NCBI GenBank assembly: GCA_965238075.1
Contig: OZ250173.1
Location: 800,001 to 864,000 of the forward strand
Source of the DNA: Candidatus Entotheonellaceae bacterium
Lineage (GTDB): Bacteria; Tectomicrobia; Entotheonellia; Entotheonellales; Entotheonellaceae
DNA length: 64,000 bases
Reading direction: 5' to 3'
Below, one piece after another: positions 52,333-62,341 of this stretch (position 1 is the stretch's first letter; each line of letters starts with the position of its first letter). The notes beneath the pieces are model-generated. The model searched no databases and was not told the DNA's origin. It was given only the letters and a program-made list of their open reading frames with translations. The position numbers and the translations under genes were made by a program.

Positions 52333-54015
52333 TCACACCAAACTGCGCTGGATGATCTGCGACCGTTGCAGCATGTCCGCCAGATACTCGGCGCCCAGGG
52401 CGTCGGCGCTCGTCGTCATGCTGCGGGTGAAAGCGTCAACGTTGCCGTCGATCAGCGCCTGCGCCAGGGTTTGCACGACGTCGAGGTAGGCTTTCAGCAC
52501 CGTTGGGCCCTGCAGGTTGTAGGACTGGATTTCGCTGTAGAGGTCCGGGTCGGCCCGCAGGATGCGGCCCATGATGGCCAGCGACGTGCGGGAGTTGGGC
52601 GAGCTGTAGCGGTCCATCTCGGTCGGGTCGCTGAAATGCGTATGCAGCACCTGCGCCAGCGCGATCTTGGTGAAGTGTTCCAGGTTCTGGTGGAAGGCCA
52701 TCTGCTTGTCGTGATACTGCGGCGTCGTGTAGGTGATGGTGGCGCCGTACTTGTAGAAAATGTCCTCGAACTCCTTGGCGCGGGCACCCGACAAGGGCGT
52801 GCGGGTGAAGACGATGTTCTGGTTGCGCAGGCTCTCCACGCGCGGGCCGAAGATGGTGTGCATGCCGAGCACCTCGACGCCCTCCGGCACCGCCGCCAGC
52901 ATCGCTTCGACGGGTTGCGTCTTGATGGAGGTGTTGTCGGTGATAAGCTGGCCGGGACGGAAATAGCGGCCCACGTCGTGGATCACGCCCACCGTATTGC
53001 GGATGGGCACGTTGATGATGACCACGTCGGACTGCTCGATGCACTGCTGGTAGGTCAGCGGCGTGCGGCGGCCGCTGATGAGTACGTTGTAGCGCGCCTC
53101 GCCCAGGAATTTCCGGAACCATTGCCCCATCTGGCCCGTGCCGCCTAAGATGCCGATCGTCTTGATGCCCGGCTCGTTGAAAGCGCAGCACGGGTAGGTG
53201 CCAAAAACCCTGACCTCGAGTTCCTGGTCGCCCAACTGCCGCGCCAGGTGGGTCATGCACGCCGCCACGGGTTCGTCGTCCAGGTGCCCCTCGACCTCCA
53301 TGTGGAACAGAAAGGCGCCGCGGGTGTCCGGGCGCGAGTGGATAAAGGACAGGTTGAGCTTGTGGTCGTGGCTGATGGCGGAGACAATGTCATTCAGCAG
53401 GCCAAGGCGGTCGCGGTGCGGATACAGGGCGAAGGCGGTGGCGTCGCGTCCGGTGCGGGGGTGATGAGGCTCCGAGGCGGGGCCGAGGACGGCGAAACGG
53501 GTCTTGTTCTGTTTGATGTTGCCGATGTCGCGGTCGAGGACGTGCAGGCCGTACTGTTTCAGGGCCGTCTCGCTGCCGATGGCCGCCGCGTCCGTCAGGC
53601 GCTGCGCGGCGATGGTCTCCATGGCCGCGCTGGTGCTGTCCACGTCGAGGCATTGCGCCTGCGGGTAGTTGGCTTGCAGGTAGACCGAGCACTGCTTCAA
53701 CGCCTGGTCCTTGGAAAGGACGCGGCTGACCTGGGACTGCGGGCTGAGCACCCCGATGGCGTGCTGGATGGGCAGCACGAGCATGTCGACAATCTTGACG
53801 CGATCGGCGCAGTGGAACAGGTTGTCCAGAGTCTCGGTCACCGGACCCTGGATGACGTTCTCGATAGGCACCAGCCCGCGCGCCACTTCCTGCCGGGCCA
53901 CGGCGTCGAACACCGATTCAATGGAAGCGTAAGGCATGTAAACGGCGTCTGCCATGGCCGCCTTTGCTGCCTCCTCCGTGTACGTTCCCTGCGGTCCCAA
54001 AAAACCGATTTTCAC
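52333..54015 (-). CDS. Fused prephenate dehydratase-ACT / prephenate dehydrogenase
   Basis: LGPQGTYTE, VPIEN, NKTRF, ACT HSRP, then GGTGQMG, SIK, HTIFGP, HDKQMA. Confidence 0.85.
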   Translation of the reverse strand: MKIGFLGPQGTYTEEAAKAAMADAVYMPYASIESVFDAVARQEVARGLVPIENVIQGPVTETLDNLFHCADRVKIVDMLVLPIQHAIGVLSPQSQVSRVLSKDQALKQCSVYLQANYPQAQCLDVDSTSAAMETIAAQRLTDAAAIGSETALKQYGLHVLDRDIGNIKQNKTRFAVLGPASEPHHPRTGRDATAFALYPHRDRLGLLNDIVSAISHDHKLNLSFIHSRPDTRGAFLFHMEVEGHLDDEPVAACMTHLARQLGDQELEVRVFGTYPCCAFNEPGIKTIGILGGTGQMGQWFRKFLGEARYNVLISGRRTPLTYQQCIEQSDVVIINVPIRNTVGVIHDVGRYFRPGQLITDNTSIKTQPVEAMLAAVPEGVEVLGMHTIFGPRVESLRNQNIVFTRTPLSGARAKEFEDIFYKYGATITYTTPQYHDKQMAFHQNLEHFTKIALAQVLHTHFSDPTEMDRYSSPNSRTSLAIMGRILRADPDLYSEIQSYNLQGPTVLKAYLDVVQTLAQALIDGNVDAFTRSMTTSADALGAEYLADMLQRSQIIQRSLV

Positions 54016-54077
54016 AAGCTGCCCCTTGCCGTGATAATGTCGTTCCTCATGAATGTAGCCCGTCCAGTTCCACAAGG

Positions 54078-54106
54078 CGTCATTCCGGGCTCGACCCGGA
54101 ATCCAG
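54078..54106. repeat. CGTC-type REP-like palindrome (family C)
   Basis: CGTCATTCCGGGCTCGACCCGGAATCCAG. Confidence 0.7.
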
Positions 54107-54256
54107 TCGCTTTAATTCTGGAAAAACTTCCGGACCCTCGTCCCGGATCAGAATCGAAGGCAAGCTTGATGTCCTTGCGGTGTCTGCGGAATATTGGAAG
54201 CGCTTCTTATAGCACGCCATAAGGGGCCGGACAAACATTGCGGGAAGGGTGATCGC

Positions 54257-54778
54257 ATGCGCCGTTACGCCGTCTATGGCGGCAGCTTCGATCCGATACA
54301 CGCCGGGCACGTATCCATGATCCGGCGAGCCGTCGAGCTCGACTACCACGTCATCATCGTGCCGGCCTTCCGCCACGCCTTCGGCAAGCAGTCCGCGCCC
54401 TTTGCGCACCGGGTTCGCATGTGCCGCCTGGCCCTCGACGCCCTGTTGCAAGCCCGCGTCTGCGACGTCGAACGCCGCCTGGCCACCGACGACGGCAAAC
54501 CGGTCTACACCTACGACGTCCTCCGCTACCTCCAGCAGCGGCTTCCCCTGCCCTCCTCCCTTCTCGTCGGCCCCGACATCGCCGCCGAATGGCACCGCTG
54601 GCACCGCCACACCGACATCGACCGGGAGTTCGGCCGCCTCAGCCTGCGCGCCACCCACGCGGTCCGCAGCAGCGACATCCGCCAGCAGCTCCGGCAAGGC
54701 GCCCCGCCCGCTTCACTCGGCGGGATGCTTCCCGAGGCAGTGGCTGATTACATCGCGGAGCAGGGGCTGTATCGATAA
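54257..54778 (+). CDS. nadD: Nicotinate-nucleotide adenylyltransferase-like protein
   Basis: GGSFDPIHAGH, YTYD, GPD..W..W, SSDIR, YIAEQGLY. Confidence 0.75.
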   Translation: MRRYAVYGGSFDPIHAGHVSMIRRAVELDYHVIIVPAFRHAFGKQSAPFAHRVRMCRLALDALLQARVCDVERRLATDDGKPVYTYDVLRYLQQRLPLPSSLLVGPDIAAEWHRWHRHTDIDREFGRLSLRATHAVRSSDIRQQLRQGAPPASLGGMLPEAVADYIAEQGLYR

Positions 54779-54973
54779 GTGAAGCGCGCATCACGTTCGT
54801 CAGGGACGACAGGAGAAGATCGTGCCGCCAAGCGATCGTCAAGCTCAAAGGCCAAGAGATCCCGGTTCCCCTGAAGCGTCTTGGCGACGAATCTGATGGA
54901 CGCCAATACTGCTCTATCGGCACGCTGGAGGGTCATGGATTCTAAAAAGTGATCATGTAGAATATTATGGGGT

Positions 54974-55002
54974 TTGACAGCACTTCCTATAGAGACTATT
55001 TT
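54974..55002 (+). promoter_or_regulatory. Sigma70 promoter of vapBC, probably leaderless
   Basis: TTGACA-17 nt-TATTTT, ATG 6 nt downstream, no RBS. Confidence 0.65.
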
Positions 55003-55008
55003 GTAAGC

Positions 55009-55212
55009 ATGAAAACTACTATTGATATTCCCGACCACGAACTTGAGGATGCTATCCGATTCACGAACGCGAAGACCAAACGCGATGCCATCGTCGGCGC
55101 CGTCGCCGACTTCAATCGCCGCATGCGCATGTCGGAACTCACCAAATACGCCGGCACCTGCGCCAACCTGATCACGCCGCAGGAACTTCAGGCTGCGCGC
55201 CGCCAGGGCTGA
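55009..55212 (+). CDS. vapB: VapB-type antitoxin
   Basis: MKTTIDIPD..L..A....TKRDAI; precedes a PIN gene. Confidence 0.8.
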   Translation: MKTTIDIPDHELEDAIRFTNAKTKRDAIVGAVADFNRRMRMSELTKYAGTCANLITPQELQAARRQG

Positions 55213-55216
55213 GCCA

Positions 55217-55600
55217 GTGATTCTTGTCGATACGTCGTCCTGGATACACATGCTTCGACCGAGCGGCGACCCGATGGTCCGCGCCCGTGTCGAGGCCGCG
55301 CTGACCGCCGGGCAAGCCTGTTGGTGTCCGTTGGTGCAACTCGAACTCTGGAACGGCGCCCGCGGCCAGCAGGAACGGAAGGTTCTGCTGGATTTCGCCC
55401 GCACCCTGCCGGAGCTTCCTATCGACGATCAAGTCTGGGCAGGGGCGTACGATCTGGCCCGTCAGGCGCGAGTCCAAGGTGTGACCATTCCGGCGACCGA
55501 TGTGGTCATTGCCGCCTGCGCCCGCCGCCACGGCGCCAGACTCGAATCCGCCGACACGGACTTCGACCTCCTGGCAACCCTTGGCAAACCAACTGCATAG
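55217..55600 (+). CDS. vapC: VapC PIN-domain toxin
   Basis: ILVDTSSWI, LEL, DVVIAACA, DTDF. Confidence 0.88.
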   Translation: MILVDTSSWIHMLRPSGDPMVRARVEAALTAGQACWCPLVQLELWNGARGQQERKVLLDFARTLPELPIDDQVWAGAYDLARQARVQGVTIPATDVVIAACARRHGARLESADTDFDLLATLGKPTA

Positions 55601-55764
55601 TCGACCGCTTTTGGGCGAGAAAACCCCGCAATCGTCATCTGCGAGACCCGGACGAGCAACCCATGCGGATGAAGGCGAATACAGAAGCCGGTCTATTCTC
55701 TCCCGGGATCAATGCGCATCGAAGTGGCTCGCAGGTCCGCGTCTCGAGGTTGAGACGTCCGGTC

Positions 55765-56268
55765 TCACCCCGGGAACTGCCACACCGGCCCCGCGGGCGG
55801 CTCGTCGATCAGGCGGAATTGCGGCAGTGACAAGTCGGGCGACAGGTCCTGGAAGACGACGTCCACGCGCTTGCCGATGGCGACGTTGGCTTCGGCTTCG
55901 GGCTGGAGTTGGTCATCCACGAGGTTGGCGATGAGGCGGAGGCCGTCCTGAGGGGTGGGAGCGCCGCGTTGTTCGTCGAGTTCGACGATGATGACGGGAT
56001 AGGGGGTGAAATCGCGGAAGCCGGGCTGGATGGCGTGGGCGATGATTTCGTAGGAGTAGATGATGCCCTTGCCGCTCACCTCTTGCCACGTCCAGTCCAG
56101 TGAGGTGCACCAGGGGCAGCCGGAGCCAGGCGGGAAGCGCAGCAGGCCGCAGGCGGTGCACCTCTTTACCACCAGTCGGTGTTCCCGGGCGGCCTCGAAG
56201 TAGCCGCCAAATTCGCTGTCGTTGTCGGGGACCATCAGGAGCATTCCACGGTATTCGACTTGCGGCAT
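55765..56268 (-). CDS. DUF35 zinc-ribbon/OB-fold protein
   Basis: CTACG..FPP..CPWC, SGKGIIYSY, IGKRVDVVF. Confidence 0.88.
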   Translation of the reverse strand: MPQVEYRGMLLMVPDNDSEFGGYFEAAREHRLVVKRCTACGLLRFPPGSGCPWCTSLDWTWQEVSGKGIIYSYEIIAHAIQPGFRDFTPYPVIIVELDEQRGAPTPQDGLRLIANLVDDQLQPEAEANVAIGKRVDVVFQDLSPDLSLPQFRLIDEPPAGPVWQFPG

Positions 56269-56273
56269 GGTGC

Positions 56274-57488
56274 CTACCTCCGCAGGATGAGGGCGCTTCC
56301 CGTTACCGGGTTGGCCCATCCCAGGTTCATGGAAATTTCAGCCTCGCGCACTTGGCGGCAGCCGCCTTCGGCGTAATCATGACTGTGGACGCCGTCCTGC
56401 CACTGCGGGCACGAATCGTCCGCCTGGCCGCGCAACTGCCGCACGTTCTCGATCACCATGCTCATGCCGTGTGTGTAACCCTCGCACAGGTGCCCGCCGC
56501 TGGTGTTGTTCGGGCGCTTGCCGCCCAACTCGATCATGCCGCTCGATACGTAATCGCCGCCTTCTCCCTTGCGACAAAAGCCATAGTCCTCCAGTTGCAG
56601 CATCGTCGTGAACGTAAAAGCGTCGTACGAGCCGGTCACGTGCACGTCCTCGGGGCCGACGCCGGCCATACCGAAGACCCGCTCGGCGGCGTACTTGCCG
56701 GCCACGTCGGTAATCGGCGCGTCGTTGTAGAAGGTGTCGCCACGCTTCTTGGTGACGCGCCCGACCACGCCCATGACGCAGACTGGCCGTTGCCGCAAAT
56801 CCGCCGCGCGCTCCGCCGAGGTGACGATCAGGGCCGTGGCGTTGTCCGTCTCCACGCAGCAATCGAGCAGGTGCAGCGGCTTGCAGATCCAGCGCGAGTT
56901 CAGCACGTCCTCGACCGTATAGCGCTTGCGGTAATACGCCTTCGGGTTGTTGCTGGCGTGCTTGCTGTGCGCCACCTTCACCGCCGCCACCTGGGCGCTG
57001 GTGGTGCCGTACTCCATCATGTGGCGCATGAACACCGGGGCGAAATTCTGCCCGGCGCTCACCATGCCGTACGGGCGGCTTAGCAACTGGCTGCCCGCCA
57101 CCGGCGTCGCCGCCCGTCGTCCGGTGCCGCCGATGCGCACCTCGCTGTAGCCGTTCATCGACCTGAAAATCGCCACCGTTTCACACATCCCCACCTCGAT
57201 GGCGCCGCTGGCCAGGCCCACCAGTGCCTCGGTGCTCGAGCCGCCGCCGGAGCAGTCCATGTAGAAGTCCGGGCGGATGCCCAAGTCGGCGGCAATCTCC
57301 GGACCCGCGGTCGAATCGCCGCCGTGATAGCTCAGCACGCCGTTCACCTGATCGGCGCCCAAGCCGGCGTCGCGCATGGCGTTGCGAATCGCCTCGGCGC
57401 CCATGGCGCGCGTCGTCTTGCCGGAATTCTTGGAGTACGACGTTTCGCCAACGCCGACGATGCAGTACTTGTCTGTCAGGCGACCCAT
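56274..57488 (-). CDS. Thiolase-superfamily protein (SCP2/Ltp2-like, no nucleophilic Cys)
   Basis: IVGVGET, SGGGSS, PLHLLDCC.ETD, YDAFT, NTSGGHLCEGYTHG. Confidence 0.85.
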   Translation of the reverse strand: MGRLTDKYCIVGVGETSYSKNSGKTTRAMGAEAIRNAMRDAGLGADQVNGVLSYHGGDSTAGPEIAADLGIRPDFYMDCSGGGSSTEALVGLASGAIEVGMCETVAIFRSMNGYSEVRIGGTGRRAATPVAGSQLLSRPYGMVSAGQNFAPVFMRHMMEYGTTSAQVAAVKVAHSKHASNNPKAYYRKRYTVEDVLNSRWICKPLHLLDCCVETDNATALIVTSAERAADLRQRPVCVMGVVGRVTKKRGDTFYNDAPITDVAGKYAAERVFGMAGVGPEDVHVTGSYDAFTFTTMLQLEDYGFCRKGEGGDYVSSGMIELGGKRPNNTSGGHLCEGYTHGMSMVIENVRQLRGQADDSCPQWQDGVHSHDYAEGGCRQVREAEISMNLGWANPVTGSALILRR

Positions 57489-57506
57489 GATTTGTTCTCC
57501 GCGCCG

Positions 57507-57788
57507 CTACAGCAGCTTGTCGTAAAAGGTCAGCACCGACGGCCCCTCCAACAGGTCGCGCAGGTCGATGCCCATTTCCTTAAGGTGGGCGCGGTGCGAT
57601 TCCAGCGCCTCGGCGTCCTCGTATTCCTCATAGACCATGAAAACGCGCGGGTTGTCGGTGGAACGATGCAGCACGTAGGCGCGGTTGCCAGGTTCCTCGC
57701 GCACCTTCGGCACCACAACGTGCATGATGCGCTCGAATTCGGCCTCCTGCCCGGCTTGCACCGTCAGAACAGCGGTTAAGGTCAGCAT
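57507..57788 (-). CDS. Antibiotic biosynthesis monooxygenase (ABM) family protein
   Basis: EPGNRAYVLH, FMVYEEY, ALESHR. Confidence 0.85.
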   Translation of the reverse strand: MLTLTAVLTVQAGQEAEFERIMHVVVPKVREEPGNRAYVLHRSTDNPRVFMVYEEYEDAEALESHRAHLKEMGIDLRDLLEGPSVLTFYDKLL

Positions 57789-57827
57789 GGTGTGTTTCCC
57801 GATGGCAGATATCTATCGTGATGGAAT

Positions 57828-57859
57828 GTCGGATTACGGCTACAGCTAATCCGACCTAC
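57828..57859. repeat. REP-like palindrome (family A)
   Basis: GTCGGATTACGGCTACAGCTAATCCGACCTAC. Confidence 0.85.
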
Positions 57860-57879
57860 ATGACTGATTCACGCCGAGC

Positions 57880-57908
57880 AAACTAAATTTGGCCCACCGC
57901 CATGTCAA
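57880..57908 (-). promoter_or_regulatory. Putative sigma70 promoter for the ABM-thiolase-DUF35 operon
   Basis: Minus strand TTGACA-17 nt-TAGTTT. Confidence 0.5.
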
Positions 57909-58038
57909 GCGGCATTTCGCCGGACAACTCGACATCGCGCTTGCGCCAACGGGCGTTTTCACGCATGCTAACGCGCTCCTGACAGTGGCCGCGGTGCCCC
58001 GGCGCCGCACCGCTCGCCAAGCCAACAAGGGAGTCCCC

Positions 58039-59223
58039 ATGGCCATCGCGCAAAAGGTCCGGCAATACATGCAGGCGGCGTCCTGGATACGGGGCATGTT
58101 CGAGGAGGGCATCCGGCTCAAACAGGAACACGGGGCCGACAACGTCTACGATTTCTCACTCGGCAACCCGGTTGTCGAGCCGCCCCCCGAGTTCCACGAG
58201 GCGCTGCACCGGCTGGTCAGCCAACCCAAGCCGGGCATGCACCGCTACATGCCGAACACCGGCTACGCCGAAACACGAACCGCGGTGGCGGAACAGCTCG
58301 GGCGCGAAACCGGCATCGCCTTCACGGCCGAGCACATCACCATGGTGGTCGGTGCCGCCGGTGGCCTCAACGTGGTATTCAAGACGCTCCTGGACCCCGG
58401 CGACGAGGTGATGATCTTCTCGCCGTACTTCGTCGAATACAACTTCTACGCCGACAACCACCAAGGCGTCAGCAAGGTGGTGCCGACCGACGCGCGCTTC
58501 AATCTCGACCTGCCGGCCATCGAGGCGGCGCTGTCGGTCCGCACCAAGATCGTCCTCATCAATTCGCCCAACAATCCCTCCGGCGTCATGTACGACGCGG
58601 CCACCGTTGAGGCCCTGGGCGACCTGCTGCGCCGCAAGCAGTCGGAATTCGGCACGCAGATTTATCTGGTCAGCGACGAGCCCTACAAGAAGTTGCTGTA
58701 CGACGGCCTGACCTACCCGGAGGTCCATGCCCACTTCGCCAACAGCATTGCGGTGACCTCGCACGCCAAGGACTTGGCGTTGCCCGGCGAGCGGATCGGC
58801 CACATCGCCGTCAACCCCGCCTGCGCCGGCCTGGAAGAACTCCTGGAGGGCCTGAACTTCGCCAACCGCACCCTGGGGTTCGTCAACGCCCCGGCGCTCA
58901 TGCAGCACGTGGTGCGGGAACTGCAGGGCGTCACCATCGACATGCGGCAATACGAGCGCAAGCGCGCCCTGATGTGCGACGCACTGGCGGCCATGGGGTA
59001 CGAGTTCGTCAGGCCGCAGGGGGCGTTCTACCTGTTTCCGCGCTCGCCCATCGAGGATGACACGGCGTTTGTCAACATGCTGCTGCAGCGGCGCATTCTC
59101 GCCGTGCCCGGACGCGGTTTCGGCACGCCGGGCTATTTCCGTCTGGCCTACTGTGTGGAAGACCGCACCATCGTGAATGCCCTGCCGGGCTTCAAGGAAA
59201 CGCTCGAAACCTGCCGCGGCTGA
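58039..59223 (+). CDS. PLP-dependent class I/II aminotransferase (aspartate aminotransferase-like)
   Basis: FSLGNP, NSPNNPSG, SDEPY, SHAKDLALPGERIG. Confidence 0.9.
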   Translation: MAIAQKVRQYMQAASWIRGMFEEGIRLKQEHGADNVYDFSLGNPVVEPPPEFHEALHRLVSQPKPGMHRYMPNTGYAETRTAVAEQLGRETGIAFTAEHITMVVGAAGGLNVVFKTLLDPGDEVMIFSPYFVEYNFYADNHQGVSKVVPTDARFNLDLPAIEAALSVRTKIVLINSPNNPSGVMYDAATVEALGDLLRRKQSEFGTQIYLVSDEPYKKLLYDGLTYPEVHAHFANSIAVTSHAKDLALPGERIGHIAVNPACAGLEELLEGLNFANRTLGFVNAPALMQHVVRELQGVTIDMRQYERKRALMCDALAAMGYEFVRPQGAFYLFPRSPIEDDTAFVNMLLQRRILAVPGRGFGTPGYFRLAYCVEDRTIVNALPGFKETLETCRG

Positions 59224-59269
59224 GCCGACGCCTCGGCACGACCCTGCCCTTTCCGCCATGGGGATGCCC

Positions 59270-60064
59270 ATGCTGCTCACCATCGACGTCAGCAACACCA
59301 CCATCAAGGCCGGCGTGTTTCGCGGTGATGCCCTGTTGGCCGATTGGCGCTTTGCCACGGAGCGGCAAAGACTCGCCGACGAGTACGCCATCCTGCTGCT
59401 GAACCTCTTCCGCGCCAGTGACATCACCGTGGAGGACATTCGCGGCGTGTCGATTTCCTGCGTCGTGCCGCCGCTGCGCGCGGTCTTCGATCAATTGTCG
59501 CGCCAGTACCTGCGCGTCGAACCGCTGATGGTCGGGCCGCACACCCGCAGCGGCGTGACGCTGTCGGTCGACAACCCCAGCGAGGTCGGCGCCGACCGCG
59601 TGGTGAACGCCGCGGCAACGCATCATTTATACGGCGGCCCGGCCATCGCCATCGCCTTCGGCACCGCTACCGTGTTCGACTGCGTATCGGCGCGCGGCGA
59701 ATACCTCGGCGGCGCCATCGCCCCTGGCATCGTGACGGCGCTGGAATCGCTGACCCGCTCGGCAGCGCAGTTGTACCAAGTGGAGCTTGTCCGCCCGCCG
59801 CACGCCATCGGCACCAATACCGTGCACACCATGCAGTCCGGTCTCATCCTCGGATACGCGGCGCTGGTCGAAGGGCTGGTGGCGCGGCTGAAGGCCGAAA
59901 TGACGCCCGCGGAGGAGGATCAGCAGGCAGTAAAAGTCATCGCCACCGGCGGCCTGGTGGAGGTTATTACGCCGGAAACCAAGGCCATCGATGTGATTGA
60001 TCCGTTGTTGACCCTCAAGGGGCTGCGGTTGATTCATGAACTCAATGGCTTCAGGGATTCGTGA
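59270..60064 (+). CDS. coaX: Type III pantothenate kinase
   Basis: IDVSNT, SCVVP, VGADR, FGTAT, GGAIAPG, ATGG, LTLKGL. Confidence 0.9.
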   Translation: MLLTIDVSNTTIKAGVFRGDALLADWRFATERQRLADEYAILLLNLFRASDITVEDIRGVSISCVVPPLRAVFDQLSRQYLRVEPLMVGPHTRSGVTLSVDNPSEVGADRVVNAAATHHLYGGPAIAIAFGTATVFDCVSARGEYLGGAIAPGIVTALESLTRSAAQLYQVELVRPPHAIGTNTVHTMQSGLILGYAALVEGLVARLKAEMTPAEEDQQAVKVIATGGLVEVITPETKAIDVIDPLLTLKGLRLIHELNGFRDS

Positions 60065-60108
60065 AGCGGCATCTGGGATCGGGTTTGTGAATAATCCTCC
60101 ACCCCATG

Positions 60109-60134
60109 CCTGGGAGCGCGGGCTACCAGCCCGC
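60109..60134. repeat. REP-like palindrome (family D)
   Basis: CCTGGGAGCGCGGGCTACCAGCCCGC with stem GCGGGCT/AGCCCGC; single copy in the window. Confidence 0.5.
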
Positions 60135-60140
60135 AAAACC

Positions 60141-60206
60141 AGTGGCAAGTGGCTAGTGGTCAGTGAAACCAAGGGCTTGGCCGCCGGACACTGGCTACCA
60201 GCCACT
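60141..60206. repeat. Inverted heptamer array (family E), intergenic
   Basis: AGTGGCA AGTGGCT AGTGGTC AGTG ... GGACACT GGCTACC AGCCACT. Confidence 0.7.
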
Positions 60207-62341
60207 GCCCTTTCGCTATTCACAAACATGCTCTCAGGCTAACCCCATGCGCCTATCCTGGAACGAGGTTCGCGTCCGTGCCGCCGCCTTCGCCGACAAG
60301 TGGCGGCAGGCGGCCTACGAGAAGGGCGAGACGTAGAGCTTCTACAACGACTTCTTCCAGATATTCGGAGTCGAGCGCCGCACCGTCGCACGCTATGAGG
60401 CGCACGTGGCAAAGCTGGACAGCCGGCGGGGGTTCATCGACTTGTTCTGGCCCGGCGTCCTGATCGTCGAGCAGAAGAGCGCCGGGGGCGACCTCACCCG
60501 CGCCTACGAGCAGGCCGGAGACTGCGTCGACGCTTTGCCCGAGAACCAGCGCCCTCGCTATATCCTGGTCAGCGACTTCCAGACCTTCGAGCTTCACGAT
60601 CTCGACGAACGAGACACCGCCGCCTTTGCGCTCGCCGACCTACACGCCCACGTCGAGAAGTTCGGCTTCATCCTCGGCGTGCAGCGCCGCACCTTCCGTG
60701 ACCAGGACCCCGCCAACATCAAAGCCGCCGAGCTGATGGGACTGCTGCACGACGCGCTCGCCGCCTCGGGCTACCAGGGCACGACCTGGAACGCTTCCTG
60801 GTGCGCATCGTCTTCTGCCTGTTCGCCGACGACACCGGCATCTTCGAGCCGCGCGACATCTTCCTCGACTTCATCGAAACCCGCACCAGCGAGGACGGAT
60901 CGGATACCGGCTCGCGTCTGGCCGAATTGTTCCAGGTGCTGAACACCCCGGAAGCCGAGCACCAGACAACCCGCGACGAAGACCTCGCCCGCTTCCCCTA
61001 CGTCAACGGCGCCCTGTTCGACGAGCCGTTGCCCATCGCGTTCTTCGACGCAGCCATGCGGGCGGCGCTGCTCAACGCTTGCCGCTTCGACTGGTCGAAC
61101 ATCTCGCCGGCCATTTTCGGGGCGCTGTTCCAATCGGTCATGGAGCCGGCGGAGCGCCGCGCTCAAGGCCCCCATTACACCACCGAACAGAACATCCTGA
61201 AGGTCATTGAGCCGCTGTTCCTGGACGACCTGCGCGCCGAATTCGCGCGCCTGAAGTCCCGCCGCGACAACCGCCGCCGCAACGATCTGCTGAGATTCCA
61301 GGAGAAGCTGGGCCAACTGCGGTTCCTCGACCCGGCCTGCGGCTGCGGCAACTTCCTCATCATCGCCTACCGCGAACTGCGCCTGCTCGAGATCGACATC
61401 CTTCGAGAGCTTCGCGCCGTGGCGTACTTGTCCCGCGTTGACGTGGATCAGTTCTACGGCATCGAGCTCGGCGAGTTCCCGGCCCGCATCGCGGAAACCG
61501 CGCTGTGGATCATGGACCACGTCATGAACAACCGCTTCAGCCTGGAGTTCGGGCGGCTCTACCGGCGCATCCCCTTGCAGAAGGCGCCGCACGTCGTCCA
61601 CGGCAACGCCCTGGAAATCGACTGGTCGGAGGTCCTGCCGGCGGAACAGTGCGACTACGTGCTGGGCAATCCGCCCTTCGTCGGCGCCAAGTACCAGACG
61701 GCGGCGCAGCGCGCGCAGGTGCGCCGCATCGCGGGTCTGGGCGGCAGCGGCGGCACGCTGGATTACGTTTCGGCCTGGCTCATCAAGGCGGGGACCTACG
61801 TAACGGGTGGGACCCGGATCGGCTTTGTGGCGACCAATTCGACGACGCAGGGAGAGCAGGTCGGGCAACTGTGGCCGATCCTGTTTGACCGCTGCGGGCT
61901 GGAGATTGCCTTCGCGCACCGCACCTTCGCTTGGGGATCGGACGTGCGCGGCAAGGCGCACGTGCACGTCGTCATCCTCGGTCTGGACCGGCGGGCCAAC
62001 ACGCGGGACGCGAAACGGCTGTTTTCGTATCCCGACCTCAACGGCGACCCGGAAGAGACGCGCCACGCGGCGCTGTCGCCGTATCTGTTCGATGCCGGCG
62101 GCCTGTCCGACCCGCACCTGACGGTGCACGAGGCAAGTGGGCCGATCAACGGATTGGTCCAATTGCTCACTGGCTCGCAACCCATCGACGACGGGCAATA
62201 CATTTTCAATGCCGGGGAACGGGCCGCGTTCCTGGAAACAGAGCCGGACGCCGCATCTTTGCTGCGCCCCTTTGTCGGCGCCCGCGAATACCTGCAGGGC
62301 GGCGAACGCTGGATTCTCGCCCTGCATGACGCGGCGCCGGA

